DNA of 64,000 nt. Source: Nemertoderma westbladi (taxonomy: Eukaryota; Animalia; Xenacoelomorpha). Of the stretch, positions 50,201-62,643 are shown one piece after another. Position 1 is the stretch's first letter. Each line of letters begins with the position of its first letter. A model generated the notes under the pieces. It did not search any database, was not told where the DNA came from, and worked only from the letters and a program-made list of their open reading frames with translations. The stretch is taken from contig JAUCBJ010007177.1 in assembly GCA_032718475.1 (NCBI GenBank), positions 92,072 through 156,071 of the forward strand, read 5' to 3'. A program made the position numbers and the translations under genes.

Positions 50201-52369
50201 TGATAAACAACCGCGACCTCTATACTAACAGCAGAACTGTTGAACAGACCAATACCCGTTAATATCCTTCTGCCAACCTAATAAGCTCTCGCCTATCCAA
50301 TAAGACACAAAGACTGCTCTACTGTTAAGTAAAGGGGATCAGGAGTGTGCTATTACTAAATTGTAAGGGTTGCTAAATACAAAACCGCTACTTACCGTTA
50401 GATGGCGCTAATCTGCCGTCCACTAATATATTTTACTAATTTTACACAACTCCTGCAAAATCGCTTGTTCCTTTCTCTACCGATTGCTCAATAGAGAGCT
50501 AACTGTTCGAATCTATGAGCCACGCGGGAATAACCAAAACAATAAACCCGAGTCGGCTCCCTAAGCTTACTTAAGACGAGTGCGAGAGGCCTTGCACTCA
50601 GAGTATTCTTACGCCTAATTTTATCACTATTGAAGCACGCTATTACCTACGTCTTTCTAATCGCGAATACTGGGGTTTCTCTAACGTAATGTGTGAATGC
50701 GAGAATATTTAAAAATATCAAAATGGTACAGTATCTGTTTCTACGTGGATAATACCACCCCGAGTCTAAAACTGCCCGCGACTGGCTTTAGGCCAGCAAA
50801 ATTACTAGCGTATCGTGCGTACCGAATAGTGCGTTCTAGCTGATTGCCCGCTAATGCAAATAACCGCTCAGCGTGAATAGTTTACAGTACACTAATTATT
50901 ACCTTAGCTACTCTCCGCTATGCTGCGTACTAATTCTTAATTTTTTACTAATTAGTTACAGTCACAAATATTTAACAGCGTACTAATTACTAAGAGTTCC
51001 AGAATACGTAATTCTAATTTATCACGCAACAGGTTTCGATAGTAATAGCCTAATTTGCCGTATTACTTTGACCTAATCAATAACTAATTATTGTAACTAA
51101 GAAATAGAAATCAATCAAAGGAAAAGAGCGCCTATCTAAACATTCGTAATCTTAGGCACACTTCAATAACACACCAATCAGCGTTAGAAATCACAGTTTA
51201 CAATTATGCAATTCACTACTCGTACTCCACACTCAACGTTGTAATACGCGCAGGCCTCTCCCGGGTACATCTAGGATTCCTAACTAACCCAATTCCTGCC
51301 CCCCTAATACTAAATAGAGACAAAACCTGGATCATCAGCCCCCTAGATACTGTACCGGCGATCGGTCTGCGTGCCGCAGTGCAAGTTACCCGCCCGCAAC
51401 GGTGACTCTGGCCAGCGTTGCCCGCTTTGAATCCTCCGCTCTCTCCTAGTCGCTCAACCCCCCGATGCGCCCACCGCCCACTGGCACCTTAGCCCTTCAT
51501 GATGCTAATAGCTACCGTAGCGGCGCATGCAAATCACAAAGTCTGACAGTCTCAGGAATCCCTTAGGATTATTGCGCAGAAAAGAATCACATAGAACCAT
51601 TAATCAAAAGGTAGAAATCATAGTTCAGTTGTAATTAGCAGTAATCGAAGGAATTAATTGAGAAACACAAGCAAAGTAATCGCACTAGCAAATCATTCCA
51701 AGAAATTAATCAAAATTAGCAAATTGCAGAAAATACGATATCCTAATACAAAATTAGAGACAGCTCAGCAAGTAAAATGTAACAGGGGTGTGTCATGTGA
51801 TAAAGCATGAACATATGAACAAATATATGAACAACAAAGGCCCTACCGGCACACCGCCAATTTATAGGTGATCCGGATGGGGTGATGCAATAAGGTGACT
51901 CAATCGCTCTCCCATTGGCTCTCCAGTCCATGCTAGCATTAAACCAACCTGGAAGCAGTTAATCCAATAAGGAGACCGGATTGTAGCCCTATGCCCTCAA
52001 ATTATTACCATATATGGTAATGGATCACGTCTCTGGCTGCTGAATGGCCAGGACAGCGTCCCTATATGCTAGCCCTATCAAACTAATATCAGCAAGCACA
52101 GAATCCAGGGTCCGAATAAACTTGCTACCCTGGGACTATCTACATATCCTAATACAAAATTACGTAGGTAGGGCTACATACTATACAAAATGAATGGATG
52201 CAAAATATATGGGCGTTTTAACTTCCTTACCTAAATACCACTGCGTTATTATGCCTTATCTAAAATATCATGCTGCACAACGGACTAATATTACGTACAG
52301 TATAACGGACTAATATTGCATACTGCATAACGGACTAATACTGTGGATACAGCGCCATATACCGTAACA
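50201..52369 (-). repeat. 5' LTR (2169 bp)
   Basis: Minus strand reads TGTTACGG...GTTTATCA. Direct repeat of 33619-35787. Confidence 0.96.
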
Positions 52370-55300
52370 CACTGACTGGGAGGTACAGCCCCACCTAGAG
52401 ACACTGACTGGGAGGTACGGCCCCATCTAGAGACACTGACTGGGAGGTACGGCTCCACCTAGAGACACTGACTGGGAGGTACAGCCCCACCTAGAGACAC
52501 TGACTGGAAGGTACGGCCCCACCTAGAGTCACTGACTGGGAGGTACGGCCCCACCTAGAGTCACTGACTGGGAGGTACAGCCCCACCTAGAGACACTGAC
52601 TGGGAGGTACGGCCCCATCTAGAGACACTGACTGGGAGGTACGGCCCCACCTAGAGACACTGACTGGGAGGTACAGCCCCACCTAGAGACACTGACTGGG
52701 AGGTACAGCCCCACCTAGAGACACTGACTGGGAGGTACAGCCCCACCTAGAGACACTGACTGGGAGGTACGGCCCCATCTAGAGACACTGACTGGGAGGT
52801 ACGGCCCCACCTAGAGACACTGACTGGGAGGTACAGCCCCACCTAGAGACACTGACTGGAAGGTACGGCCCCACCTAGAGTCACTGACTGGGAGGTACGG
52901 CCCCACCTAGAGAGACACTGACTGGGAGGTACGGCCCCACCTAGAGAGACACTGACTGGAAGGTACGGCCCCACCTAGAGTCACTGACTGGGAGGTACGG
53001 CCCCACCTAGAGAGACACTGACTGGGAGGTACAGCCCCACCTAGAGACACTGACTGGAAGGTACGGCCCCACCTAGAGTCACTGACTGGGAGGTACGGCC
53101 CCACCTAGAGAGACACTGACTGGGAGGTACAGCCCCACCTAGAGACACTGACTGGGAGGTACAGCCCCACCTAGAGACACTGACTGGAAGGTACGGCCCC
53201 ACCTAGAGTCACTGACTGGGAGGTACGGCCCCACCTAGAGAGACACTGACTGGGAGGTACAGCCCCACCTAGACACACTGACTGGGAGGTACGGCCTCAC
53301 CTAGAGACACTGACTGGGAGGTACGGCCCCACCTAGAGACACTGACTGGGAGGTACGGCCCCACCTAGAGAGACACTGACTGGGAGGTACGGCCCCACCT
53401 AGAGACACTGACTGGGAGGTACAGCCCCACCTAGAGACACTGACTGGGAGGTACGGCCCCACCTAGAGACACTGACAGGGAGGTACAGCCCCACCTAGAG
53501 ACACTGACTGGAAGGTACGGCCCCACCTAGAGTCACTGACTGGGAGGTACGGCCCCACCTAGAGAGACACTGACTGGAAGGTACGGCCCCACCTAGAGTC
53601 ACTGACTGGGAGGTACGGCCCCACCTAGAGAGACACTGACTGGGAGGTACAGCCCCACCTAGAGACACTGACTGGAAGGTACGGCCCCACCTAGAGTCAC
53701 TGACTGGGAGGTACGGCCCCACCTAGAGAGACACTGACTGGGAGGTACAGCCCCACCTAGAGACACTGACTGGGAGGTACAGCCCCACCTAGAGACACTG
53801 ACTGGAAGGTACGGCCCCACCTAGAGTCACTGACTGGGAGGTACGGCCCCACCTAGAGAGACACTGACTGGGAGGTACGGCCCCACCTAGAGACACTGAC
53901 TGGGGGGGGGGGGGGGCGGCCCCACCTAGAGACACTGACTGGGAGGTACGGCCCCACCTAGAGTCACTGACTGGGAGGTACGGCCCCACCTAGAGACACT
54001 GACTGGGGGGTACGGCCCCCACCTAGAGAGACACTGACTGGGAGGTACGGCCCCACCTAGAGACACTGACTGGGAGGTACGGCCCCACCTAGAGACACTG
54101 ACTGGGAGGAACGGCTCCACCTAGAGACACTGACTGGGAGGTACAGCCCCACCTAGAGACACTGACTGGAAGGTACGGTCCCACCTAGAGACACTGACTG
54201 GGGGGACGGCCCCACCTAGAGAGACACTGACTGGGAGGTACGGCCCCACCTAGAGACACTGACTGGGGGGGGGGGGGGGACGGCCCCACCTAGAGACACT
54301 GACTGGGAGGTACGGCCCCACCTAGAGTCACTGACTGGGAGGTACGGCCCCACCTACCCACCTAGAGACACTGACTGGGAGGTACGGCCCCACCTAGAGA
54401 CACTGACTGGGAGGTACAGCCCCACCTAGAGACACTGACTGGGAGGTACGGCCCCACCTAGAGACACTGACTGGGAGGAACGGCTCCACCTAGAGACACT
54501 GACTGGGAGGTACGGCCCCACCTAGAGACACTGTCTGGGAGGTACGGCCCCACCTAGAGACACTGACTGGGAGGTACAGCCCCACCTAGAGACACTGACT
54601 GGAAGGTACGGCCCCACCTAGAGTCACTGACTGGGAGGTACGGCCCCACCTAGAGAGACACTGACTGGGAGGTACGGCCCCACCTAGAGACACTGACTGG
54701 GAGGTACGGCCCCATCTAGAGACACTGACTGGGAGGTACGGCCCCACCTAGAGACACTGACTGGGAGGTACAGCCCCACCTAGAGACACTGACTGGGAGG
54801 TACGGCCCCATCTAGAGACACTGACTGGGAGGTACGGCCCCACCTAGAGACACTGACTGGGAGGTACAGCCCCACCTAGAGACACTGACTGGGAGGTACG
54901 GCCCCATCTAGAGACACTGACTGGGAGGTACGGCCCCACCTAGAGACACTGACTGGGAGGTACAGCCCCACCTAGAGACACTGACTGGAAGGTACGGCCC
55001 CACCTAGAGTCACTGACTGGGAGGTACGGCCCCACCTAGAGAGACACTGACTGGGAGGTACGGCCCCACCTAGAGAGACACTGACTGGAAGGTACGGCCC
55101 CACCTAGAGTCACTGACTGGGAGGCACAGCCCCACCTAGAGACACTGACTGGAAGGTACGGCCCCACCTAGAGTCACTGACTGGGAGGTACGGCCCCACC
55201 TAGAGAGACACTGACTGGGAGGTACAGCCCCACCTAGAGACACTGACTGGGAGGTACAGCCCCACCTAGAGACACTGACTGGAAGGTACGGCCCCACCTA

Positions 55301-57976
55301 GAGTCACTGACTGGGAGGTACGGCCCCACCTAGAGAGACACTGACTGGGAGGTACAGCCCCACCTAGAGACACTGACTGGAAGGTACGGCCCCACCTAGA
55401 GTCACTGACTGGGAGGTACGGCCCCACCTAGAGAGACACTGACTGGGAGGTACAGCCCCACCTAGAGACACTGACTGGGAGGTACAGCCCCACCTAGAGA
55501 CACTGACTGGAAGGTACGGCCCCACCTAGAGTCACTGACTGGGAGGTACGGCCCCACCTAGAGAGACACTGACTGGGAGGTACGGCCCCACCTAGAGACA
55601 CTGACTGGGGGGGGGGGGGGGGGGGGGGACGGCCCCACCTAGAGACACTGACTGGGAGGTACGGCCCCACCTAGAGTCACTGACTGGGAGGTACGGCCCC
55701 ACCTAGAGACACTGACTGGGGGGTACGGCCCCCACCTAGAGAGACACTGACTGGGAGGTACGGCCCCACCTAGAGACACTGACTGGGAGGTACGGCCCCA
55801 CCTAGAGACACTGACTGGGAGGAACGGCTCCACCTAGAGACACTGACTGGGAGGTACAGCCCCACCTAGAGACACTGACTGGAAGGTACGGCCCCACCTA
55901 GAGACACTGACTGGGGGGTACGGCCCCACCTAGAGAGACACTGACTGGGAGGTACGGCCCCACCTAGAGACACTGACTGGGGGGGGGGGACGGCCCCACC
56001 TAGAGACACTGACTGGGAGGTACGGCCCCACCTAGAGTCACTGACTGGGAGGTACGGCCCCACCTACCCACCTAGAGACACTGACTGGGAGGTACGGCCC
56101 CACCTAGAGACACTGACTGGGAGGTACAGCCCCACCTAGAGACACTGACTGGGAGGTACGGCCCCACCTAGAGACACTGACTGGGAGGAACGGCTCCACC
56201 TAGAGACACTGACTGGGAGGTACGGCCCCACCTAGAGACACTGTCTGGGAGGTACGGCCCCACCTAGAGACACTGACTGGGAGGTACAGCCCCACCTAGA
56301 GACACTGACTGGAAGGTACGGCCCCACCTAGAGTCACTGACTGGGAGGTACGGCTCACCTAGAGAGACACTGACTGGGAGGTACGGCCCCACCTAGAGAC
56401 ACTGACTGGGAGGTACGGCCCCATCTAGAGACACTGACTGGGAGGTACGGCCCCACCTAGAGACACTGACTGGGAGGTACAGCCCCACCTAGAGACACTG
56501 ACTGGGAGGTACGGCCCCATCTAGAGACACTGACTGGGAGGTACGGCCCCACCTAGAGACACTGACTGGGAGGTACAGCCCCACCTAGAGACACTGACTG
56601 GAAGGTACGGCCCCACCTAGAGTCACTGACTGGGAGGTACGGCCCCACCTAGAGAGACACTGACTGGGAGGTACGGCCCCACCTAGAGTCACTGACTGGG
56701 AGGTACAGCCCCACCTAGAGACACTGACTGGGAGGTACGGCCCCATCTAGAGACACTGACTGGGAGGTACGGCTCCACCTAGAGACACTGACTGGGAGGT
56801 ACAGCCCCACCTAGAGACACTGACTGGAAGGTACGGCCCCACCTAGAGTCACTGACTGGGAGGTACGGCCCCCACCTAGAGTCACTGACTGGGAGGTACA
56901 GCCCCACCTAGAGACACTGACTGGGAGGTACGGCCCCATCTAGAGACACTGACTGGGAGGTACGGCCCCACCTAGAGACACTGACTGGGAGGTACAGCCC
57001 CACCTAGAGACACTGACTGGGAGGTACAGCCCCACCTAGAGACACTGACTGGGAGGTACAGCCCCACCTAGAGACACTGACTGGGAGGTACGGCCCCATC
57101 TAGAGACACTGACTGGGAGGTACGGCCCCACCTAGAGACACTGACTGGGAGGTACAGCCCCACCTAGAGACACTGACTGGAAGGTACGGCCCCACCTAGA
57201 GTCACTGACTGGGAGGTACGGCCCCACCTAGAGAGACACTGACTGGGAGGTACGGCCCCACCTAGAGAGACACTGACTGGAAGGTACGGCCCCACCTAGA
57301 GTCACTGACTGGGAGGTACGGCCCCACCTAGAGAGACACTGACTGGGAGGTACAGCCCCACCTAGAGACACTGACTGGAAGGTACGGCCCCACCTAGAGT
57401 CACTGACTGGGAGGTACGGCCCCACCTAGAGAGACACTGACTGGGAGGTACAGCCCCACCTAGAGACACTGACTGGGAGGTACAGCCCCACCTAGAGACA
57501 CTGACTGGAAGGTACGGCCCCACCTAGAGTCACTGACTGGGAGGTACGGCCCCACCTAGAGAGACACTGACTGGGAGGTACAGCCCCATCTAGAGACACT
57601 GACTGGGAGGTACGGCCTCACCTAGAGACACTGACTGGGAGGTACGGCCCCACCTAGAGACACTGACTGGGAGGTACGGCCCCACCTAGAGAGACACTGA
57701 CTGGGAGGTACGGCCCCATCTAGAGACACTGACTGGGAGGTACAGCCCCACCTAGAGACACTGACTGGGAGGTACGGCCCCACCTAGAGAGACACTGACT
57801 GGGAGGTACAGCCCCACCTAGAGACACTGACTGGGAGGTACAGCCCCACCTAGAGACACTGTCTGGGAGGTACAGCCCCACCTAGAGACACTGTCTGGGA
57901 GGTATGGCCCCACCTAGAGACACTGACTGGGAGGAGGGCCCCACCTAGAGACACTGTCTGGGAGGTACGACCCCAC
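52370..57976. repeat. 32-bp minisatellite, right part (about 175 units)
   Basis: Same unit as 31417-33618, resuming in register after the TSD and degenerating near 57900-57976. Confidence 0.97.
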
Positions 57977-58142
57977 AAATCTCTACAAACTTTGACACAA
58001 AGTTTATAATGTAACTGTGTAATATCGAAATAAAATTGAAACCGGAGTCTCTCATTATAATAAATAATGTTAACAAAACAAAACTTGCAGACCCTAAACT
58101 CGATATAAATTAGTTAAACTGCTAGAATAATTCCACAAATTA

Positions 58143-58793
58143 CTAGTTCCGTTTCGCTTTCTTACGATGTCCACCTACAACACCGTTACAATGTAAATCC
58201 TTAGACCTTTTCTTTAAATCTTTCTTCTTTCGAACTTTACTAGAATTCCTCCCAGATTCTATAGGAATATCTCCCTCTGTCCCCTCCAACACAACTGTGC
58301 AACCGCCGGTTATATCAGCTTGTAACACAGTCCGAGTAACTTTATCTTTACGATACCCCAGAATACTGTCTATATCGCTTTTACTCGCCCGCGATAAATC
58401 TTTACTTTTCGCGAACTTTGTATAATGAATTCGGGATTTAGACGACTTAGATCGCGCTTCCAAACTAATTATAGACGGCAAGCCATCCCCATGGCTAGAG
58501 TCCGATATGTTATTAAGGGAATTCAATAGATTGGCGAAGTTATCCTGGTGTTGCATCCAGTTATCTACTGCGTTATCGGAATGACCCAACCCCGCTCTGT
58601 CTCTCTTATACGCCACATGCACGTGTTCTGTTCTCCCTGTACGACTGACACCCAATCCGTCTCCCTCCTTCCAACCCATCTTCTCCAACAATCTCTGGCC
58701 GAGTTTACCTTTATCTGCCGTCCACGACGTGGTTTTGGGGGTCAGCACCCATTGACGGTCCGATTTACGCTTCGGTTCAGCCAACATTGCCAT
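58143..58793 (-). CDS. PINX1: PIN2/TERF1-interacting telomerase inhibitor 1 (PinX1/Gno1)-like G-patch protein, 216 aa, intronless CDS
   Basis: MAMLAEPKRK..W...W....KLGQRLLEKMGWKEGDGLG (G-patch)...GLG...DNWMQHQDNFANLLNSLN...SLEARSKSSKSRIHYTKFAKSKDLS...DIDSILG are diagnostic PinX1 blocks, followed by a basic tail. Confidence 0.9.
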   Translation of the reverse strand: MAMLAEPKRKSDRQWVLTPKTTSWTADKGKLGQRLLEKMGWKEGDGLGVSRTGRTEHVHVAYKRDRAGLGHSDNAVDNWMQHQDNFANLLNSLNNISDSSHGDGLPSIISLEARSKSSKSRIHYTKFAKSKDLSRASKSDIDSILGYRKDKVTRTVLQADITGGCTVVLEGTEGDIPIESGRNSSKVRKKKDLKKRSKDLHCNGVVGGHRKKAKRN

Positions 58794-58821
58794 TACTCCT
58801 GTACTCTACAGCTCTAGACTG

Positions 58822-58879
58822 CTAGAGGGGATTAAATAATCCCAAGAGATTTGCTCCTATCCTACACTTCACTACTTAC
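58822..58879 (-). other. Probable 58-bp intron in the PINX1 5' UTR
   Basis: GTAAGT donor at 58879-58874 and TTTAATCCCCTCTAG acceptor ending at 58822, 28 nt before the ATG. Confidence 0.45.
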
Positions 58880-59062
58880 ATATTTCAGTACCGGTATTCA
58901 GGTATTTAGTACAGTGCACTTTCAGCCTCAGCCTTCTGGTACCGGTACCGGTCTGCCGGTAGGCCCCAACAAACAGTTTTAGCTGGTAGGCCGTATCTCA
59001 ATATAGGCCTAATGCTGTAATGTACCAACAAGTGCGCGCACGTGCATTATCAGATTGTAGTT

Positions 59063-59200
59063 TTTGACCACGCACCGATAGGTGTAGGCTATTGGAGCAG
59101 GTAGGCCAGTAGGCAGGGATATGCATTCAGATTGACCACGCACCGATAGGCAGATAGGTGTAGGCTATTGGAGCAGGTAGGCAGGGCTATGCATTCAGAT
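59063..59200. repeat. Local tandem duplication of about 69 bp
   Basis: TTGACCACGCACCGATAGG...TGTAGGCTATTGGAGCAGGTAGGC...ATGCATTCAGAT occurs twice. Confidence 0.75.
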
Positions 59201-59752
59201 ACTTATAGTGTCAAAATGATGAATAAATAATAATTTGAATAAAATATATGAATTTATTGTTTCGTTACCGGTATGTAAATGGCTTTTATTCCAAAATTGT
59301 AACATTACTCAACGCCGTTAGTATTAACAGCGAGTTGTTATTTAGCACTTTACAACTTTTGAGGACATTACACAGCATTGTATTGGCCTGTACATTTAGT
59401 ATTGTATTGGTGTTGTAATGTCCATGTTTATGTCGTAACTAATGACGGCGTGACTTTACAATCACGCCGTCATGTCATTGGTTATACCACATAAACAATA
59501 GGTGCCATTTATAATTAATTGCCTGACATCAAGATAAGCTTACTGCATTACCTACCGGTAGCTATTACTGTATTAATAACCGGTAGCTATAAACTATTAA
59601 CATGGCTCTAAAAGCTACCATAAATATAAGCTAACATATTTATGTCATTTTTACATTTACTTAAACAGCAACTAATTAAATTTGTGCAGTTTCTATCACT
59701 TATTATAGGGCCTATACAATCATTTCGTATTGTTACAATTTTGAAATAAAAC

Positions 59753-59893
59753 TACATACATGCTTGTTGCAAAGTACTTTACAGCGTTCTGATCTTCGTG
59801 GCTTTATTTTCACTCACTCACTAACGTTCGTTCGTGTAAGAAAGCAACTCAGATCATCACACTGTAAAGTGCTACTTTATACACAAGTATGTA
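59753..59893. mobile_element. Degenerate palindromic MITE-like element
   Basis: Imperfect inverted arms TACAT..CTTGT..AAAGTA.CTTTACAG..TGATCT and AGATCA..CTGTAAAG..TACTTT..ACAAGTATGTA around a CACTCACTAACGTTCGTTCGTG centre. Confidence 0.5.
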
Positions 59894-60107
59894 AATAGTT
59901 ATTACCGGGAAAGGTACTACATAATTGCGATATCTACTAAAGATACGAGATCGCTATGTAGCTATGACACTAGATTAGACTAGGCCTACGGAAAGGAACA
60001 GGTTACAGTGGCACGTTATTCTAACCAAAACAATAAACTAAAGTTAATAATAACATCGGTGGATGATTGAGGCCATAGTAATTTATTTCTTTTCAGGCAC
60101 CTCTAGC

Positions 60108-60805
60108 ATCTGGAAAATATTACGTCAATTAAATCACTTCTGGAAAACTATTACGTCAATTATTAAGTTACCTTTGGAAAAATATTACGTCAATGGAGTC
60201 ACCTTTGGAAAAATATTACGTCAAATTAAGTCACCTTTGGAAAAATATTACGTCAATTAAGTCACCTCTTGAAAAATATTACGTTAATTAAGTCACCTCT
60301 GGAAAAATATTACGTCAATTAAGTCACTTCTGGAAAACTATTACGTCAATTATTAAGTTACCTTTAGAAAAATAATACGTCAATTAAGTCACCTCTGGAA
60401 AAATATTACGTCAAATAAGTCACCTTTGGAAAAATATGACGTCAATTAAGTCACCTCTGGAAAAATATCACGTCAATTAAGTCACCTCTGGAAAACTATT
60501 ATGTCAATTATTAAGTTACCTTTGGAAAAATATTACGTCAATGGAGTCACCTTTGGAAAAATATTACGTCAAATTAAGTCACCTTTGGAAAAATATTACG
60601 TCAATTAAGTCACCTCTTGAAAAATATTACGTTAATTAAGTCACCTCTGGAAAAATATTACGTCAATTATTAAGTTACCTTTAGAAAAATAATACGTCAA
60701 TTAAGTCACCTCTGGAAAAATATTACGTCAAATAAGTCACCTTTGGAAAAATATGACGTCAATTACTAAGTTACCTTTGGAAAAATATTGAGCCATTTAA
60801 GTCAC
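60108..60805. repeat. 31/34-bp minisatellite (about 21 units)
   Basis: Unit AAGTCACCTCTGGAAAAATATTACGTCAATT. Confidence 0.92.
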
Positions 60806-60924
60806 ATGAGACTAAATCCTGGGAGGGAGCATTTCGTGTTAAAAACTATGATTGCTGATACTGTATGATGAATATCTCATCAAGGCTTTTTTTTTTATGT
60901 ATAATTGAATTATTTTTGGATGTA

Positions 60925-61053
60925 GGACAATTCGGTCCCGGACAATTCGGTCCCAAAACACTAAATAAATGGGACCGAATTGTCCGGGACCGAATTGTCC
61001 TAGGACCGAATTGTCCTAGGACCGAATTGTCCTAGGACCGAATTGTCCGGTTC
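60925..61053. repeat. GGACCGAATTGTCC repeats in inverted and tandem arrangement (cluster 1)
   Basis: Two copies of GGACAATTCGGTCC followed by five of GGACCGAATTGTCC. Confidence 0.85.
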
Positions 61054-61746
61054 CTGATAGCAATTTTGTAGTGCTTTTTTGATATTGGTGAATGTTCTAG
61101 AACATTAGTAGATATATTGTTTTATGGTATCTAGTGTTTTTTTACTACCTATAATTTTTTTAATTTTAAAAATACTGTATTTTTGTTATTTTTGTTATTG
61201 GTAAGTGTTCGAGAACATTATTATATATTATTTATTAAGGTGTAGCTAGTGTTTTTTTACTATTGTACAGTAGCTAGCATTTTCTTGAAATTATAAAAAA
61301 AATTCGTGAAAACATTGATACTTCAGAATTAGGGCTAAACTGTTGCAGAATATTATATTAATTACCAAAAATATTAATGATATTATAACAGTTTAAGCTG
61401 AACAGAAGATCGTGTGGCAGTACAGTTTTTTAAATCTAAATTCAGCAAAATGTCCCTTGAATGAGATCCAGCTATTATCCAGGATAATAATTAAGGCTTG
61501 TGAATCAACTAAAAACACATATACATACACAATACTGTATAGTATATATAACAAATTAGTTTTAAACATTTTAAATACATACTATTACTAAAAGTAAAAA
61601 AAAGTAAATTTTCTTCGGCCGCTAGGCCATTGATTGTGCACAAAGTCTGACGACTTATTTCTAGTGAAAGTAAAATTGTTATATTAAAAAAAAATACTAG
61701 TTAGTAAAAAAACACTAGCTACCATATAATAATATCTATTAAGTTA

Positions 61747-61949
61747 AATTCGGTCCCGGACATTTCGGTCCCATTAATATGTTTGTTTTGGGACCGAATT
61801 GTCCTAGTCAGTATCCGGACAATTCGGTCCCAAAACACAAAATTAATGGGACCAAATTGTCCGGGACCGAATTGTACGGACCGAATTGTCCGGACCGAAT
61901 TGTCCGGGACCGAATTGTCCGGACCGAATTGTCCGGGACCGAATTGTCC
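61747..61949. repeat. GGACCGAATTGTCC repeats in inverted and tandem arrangement (cluster 2)
   Basis: Same motif as cluster 1, with the spacer CCCAAAACA...AATGGG in both orientations. Confidence 0.85.
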
Positions 61950-62643
61950 TGCTTCCATTATTTTTATACTATTAAATAATTAATTTACATAATAATAAAT
62001 AAGACAGTGTCTTCGCCAAACAAGTATGTCACGTAAATTATTATTAGGCAGGGAGTTGAGATAGGTATTTATTAAGAAATGTGTTTAATGGGTAGCAGCA
62101 GTCATATGGTACACGACACCGACAGTATCCTTCCTTGGAGAGATGCCTTAGTTGGGTTACAAAATGTTCAAAGTTACTTTTATTCCACACCTCTGCAGGT
62201 ATTTCATAAGACAAAGAAACTCAATTCAAATTAACATGACCAGTTTATGCTGGACGATCTATCGCTTCCTGAGGACAAAGAAGCTATCAAATGACCAGTT
62301 CTAGACCAGAGTCGGCCTTGAACGAACACGCGAGAACCCTTGGAAATCGGGCTAAACATTTCATAGATTTTTATATTGTGGTCTTGCGTTATGTGTGTCC
62401 GGTGGTCCTGTCACCAGTGCAGTATCGTATGCACTTCCGTCTGCTGTGTACTGTAGTTGGTCTCTGTACGCGCCTCTTGCCTTCGTGCTATAGTACCAGC
62501 AGGATGATACAATGTCCAAGTGACGTTTCTACTTACTCGCTTACTCGTTACTGCTATCTACTGTTACTGTCATAGGCCTATCATAACCATTTATTCTTGT
62601 AAAGATGGTTTGGTTTATTATTTTGGTTAGGGTTAGTTGGTCA

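Larger units (their letters stand above)
33619..52369 (-). mobile_element. Full-length Bel/Pao LTR retrotransposon, 18,751 bp, with an extra ORF; TSD CACTG (33614-33618 and 52370-52374)
   Basis: Two 2169-bp direct LTRs with TG...CA ends, a 5-bp TSD, gag-PR-RT-RH-IN order and Bel/Pao signature motifs. Confidence 0.97.

Noticed and set aside
31337-57425. Short ORFs such as GPYLPVSVSRWGRTSQ in the 32-bp satellite
   Set aside because: Translations of tandem repeats with non-ATG starts and frequent frame changes.
61719-62575. Small ORFs over the GGACCGAATTGTCC repeats and the 94-aa ORF at 62291
   Set aside because: Repeat translations or no recognisable homology; none resembles Prp8.
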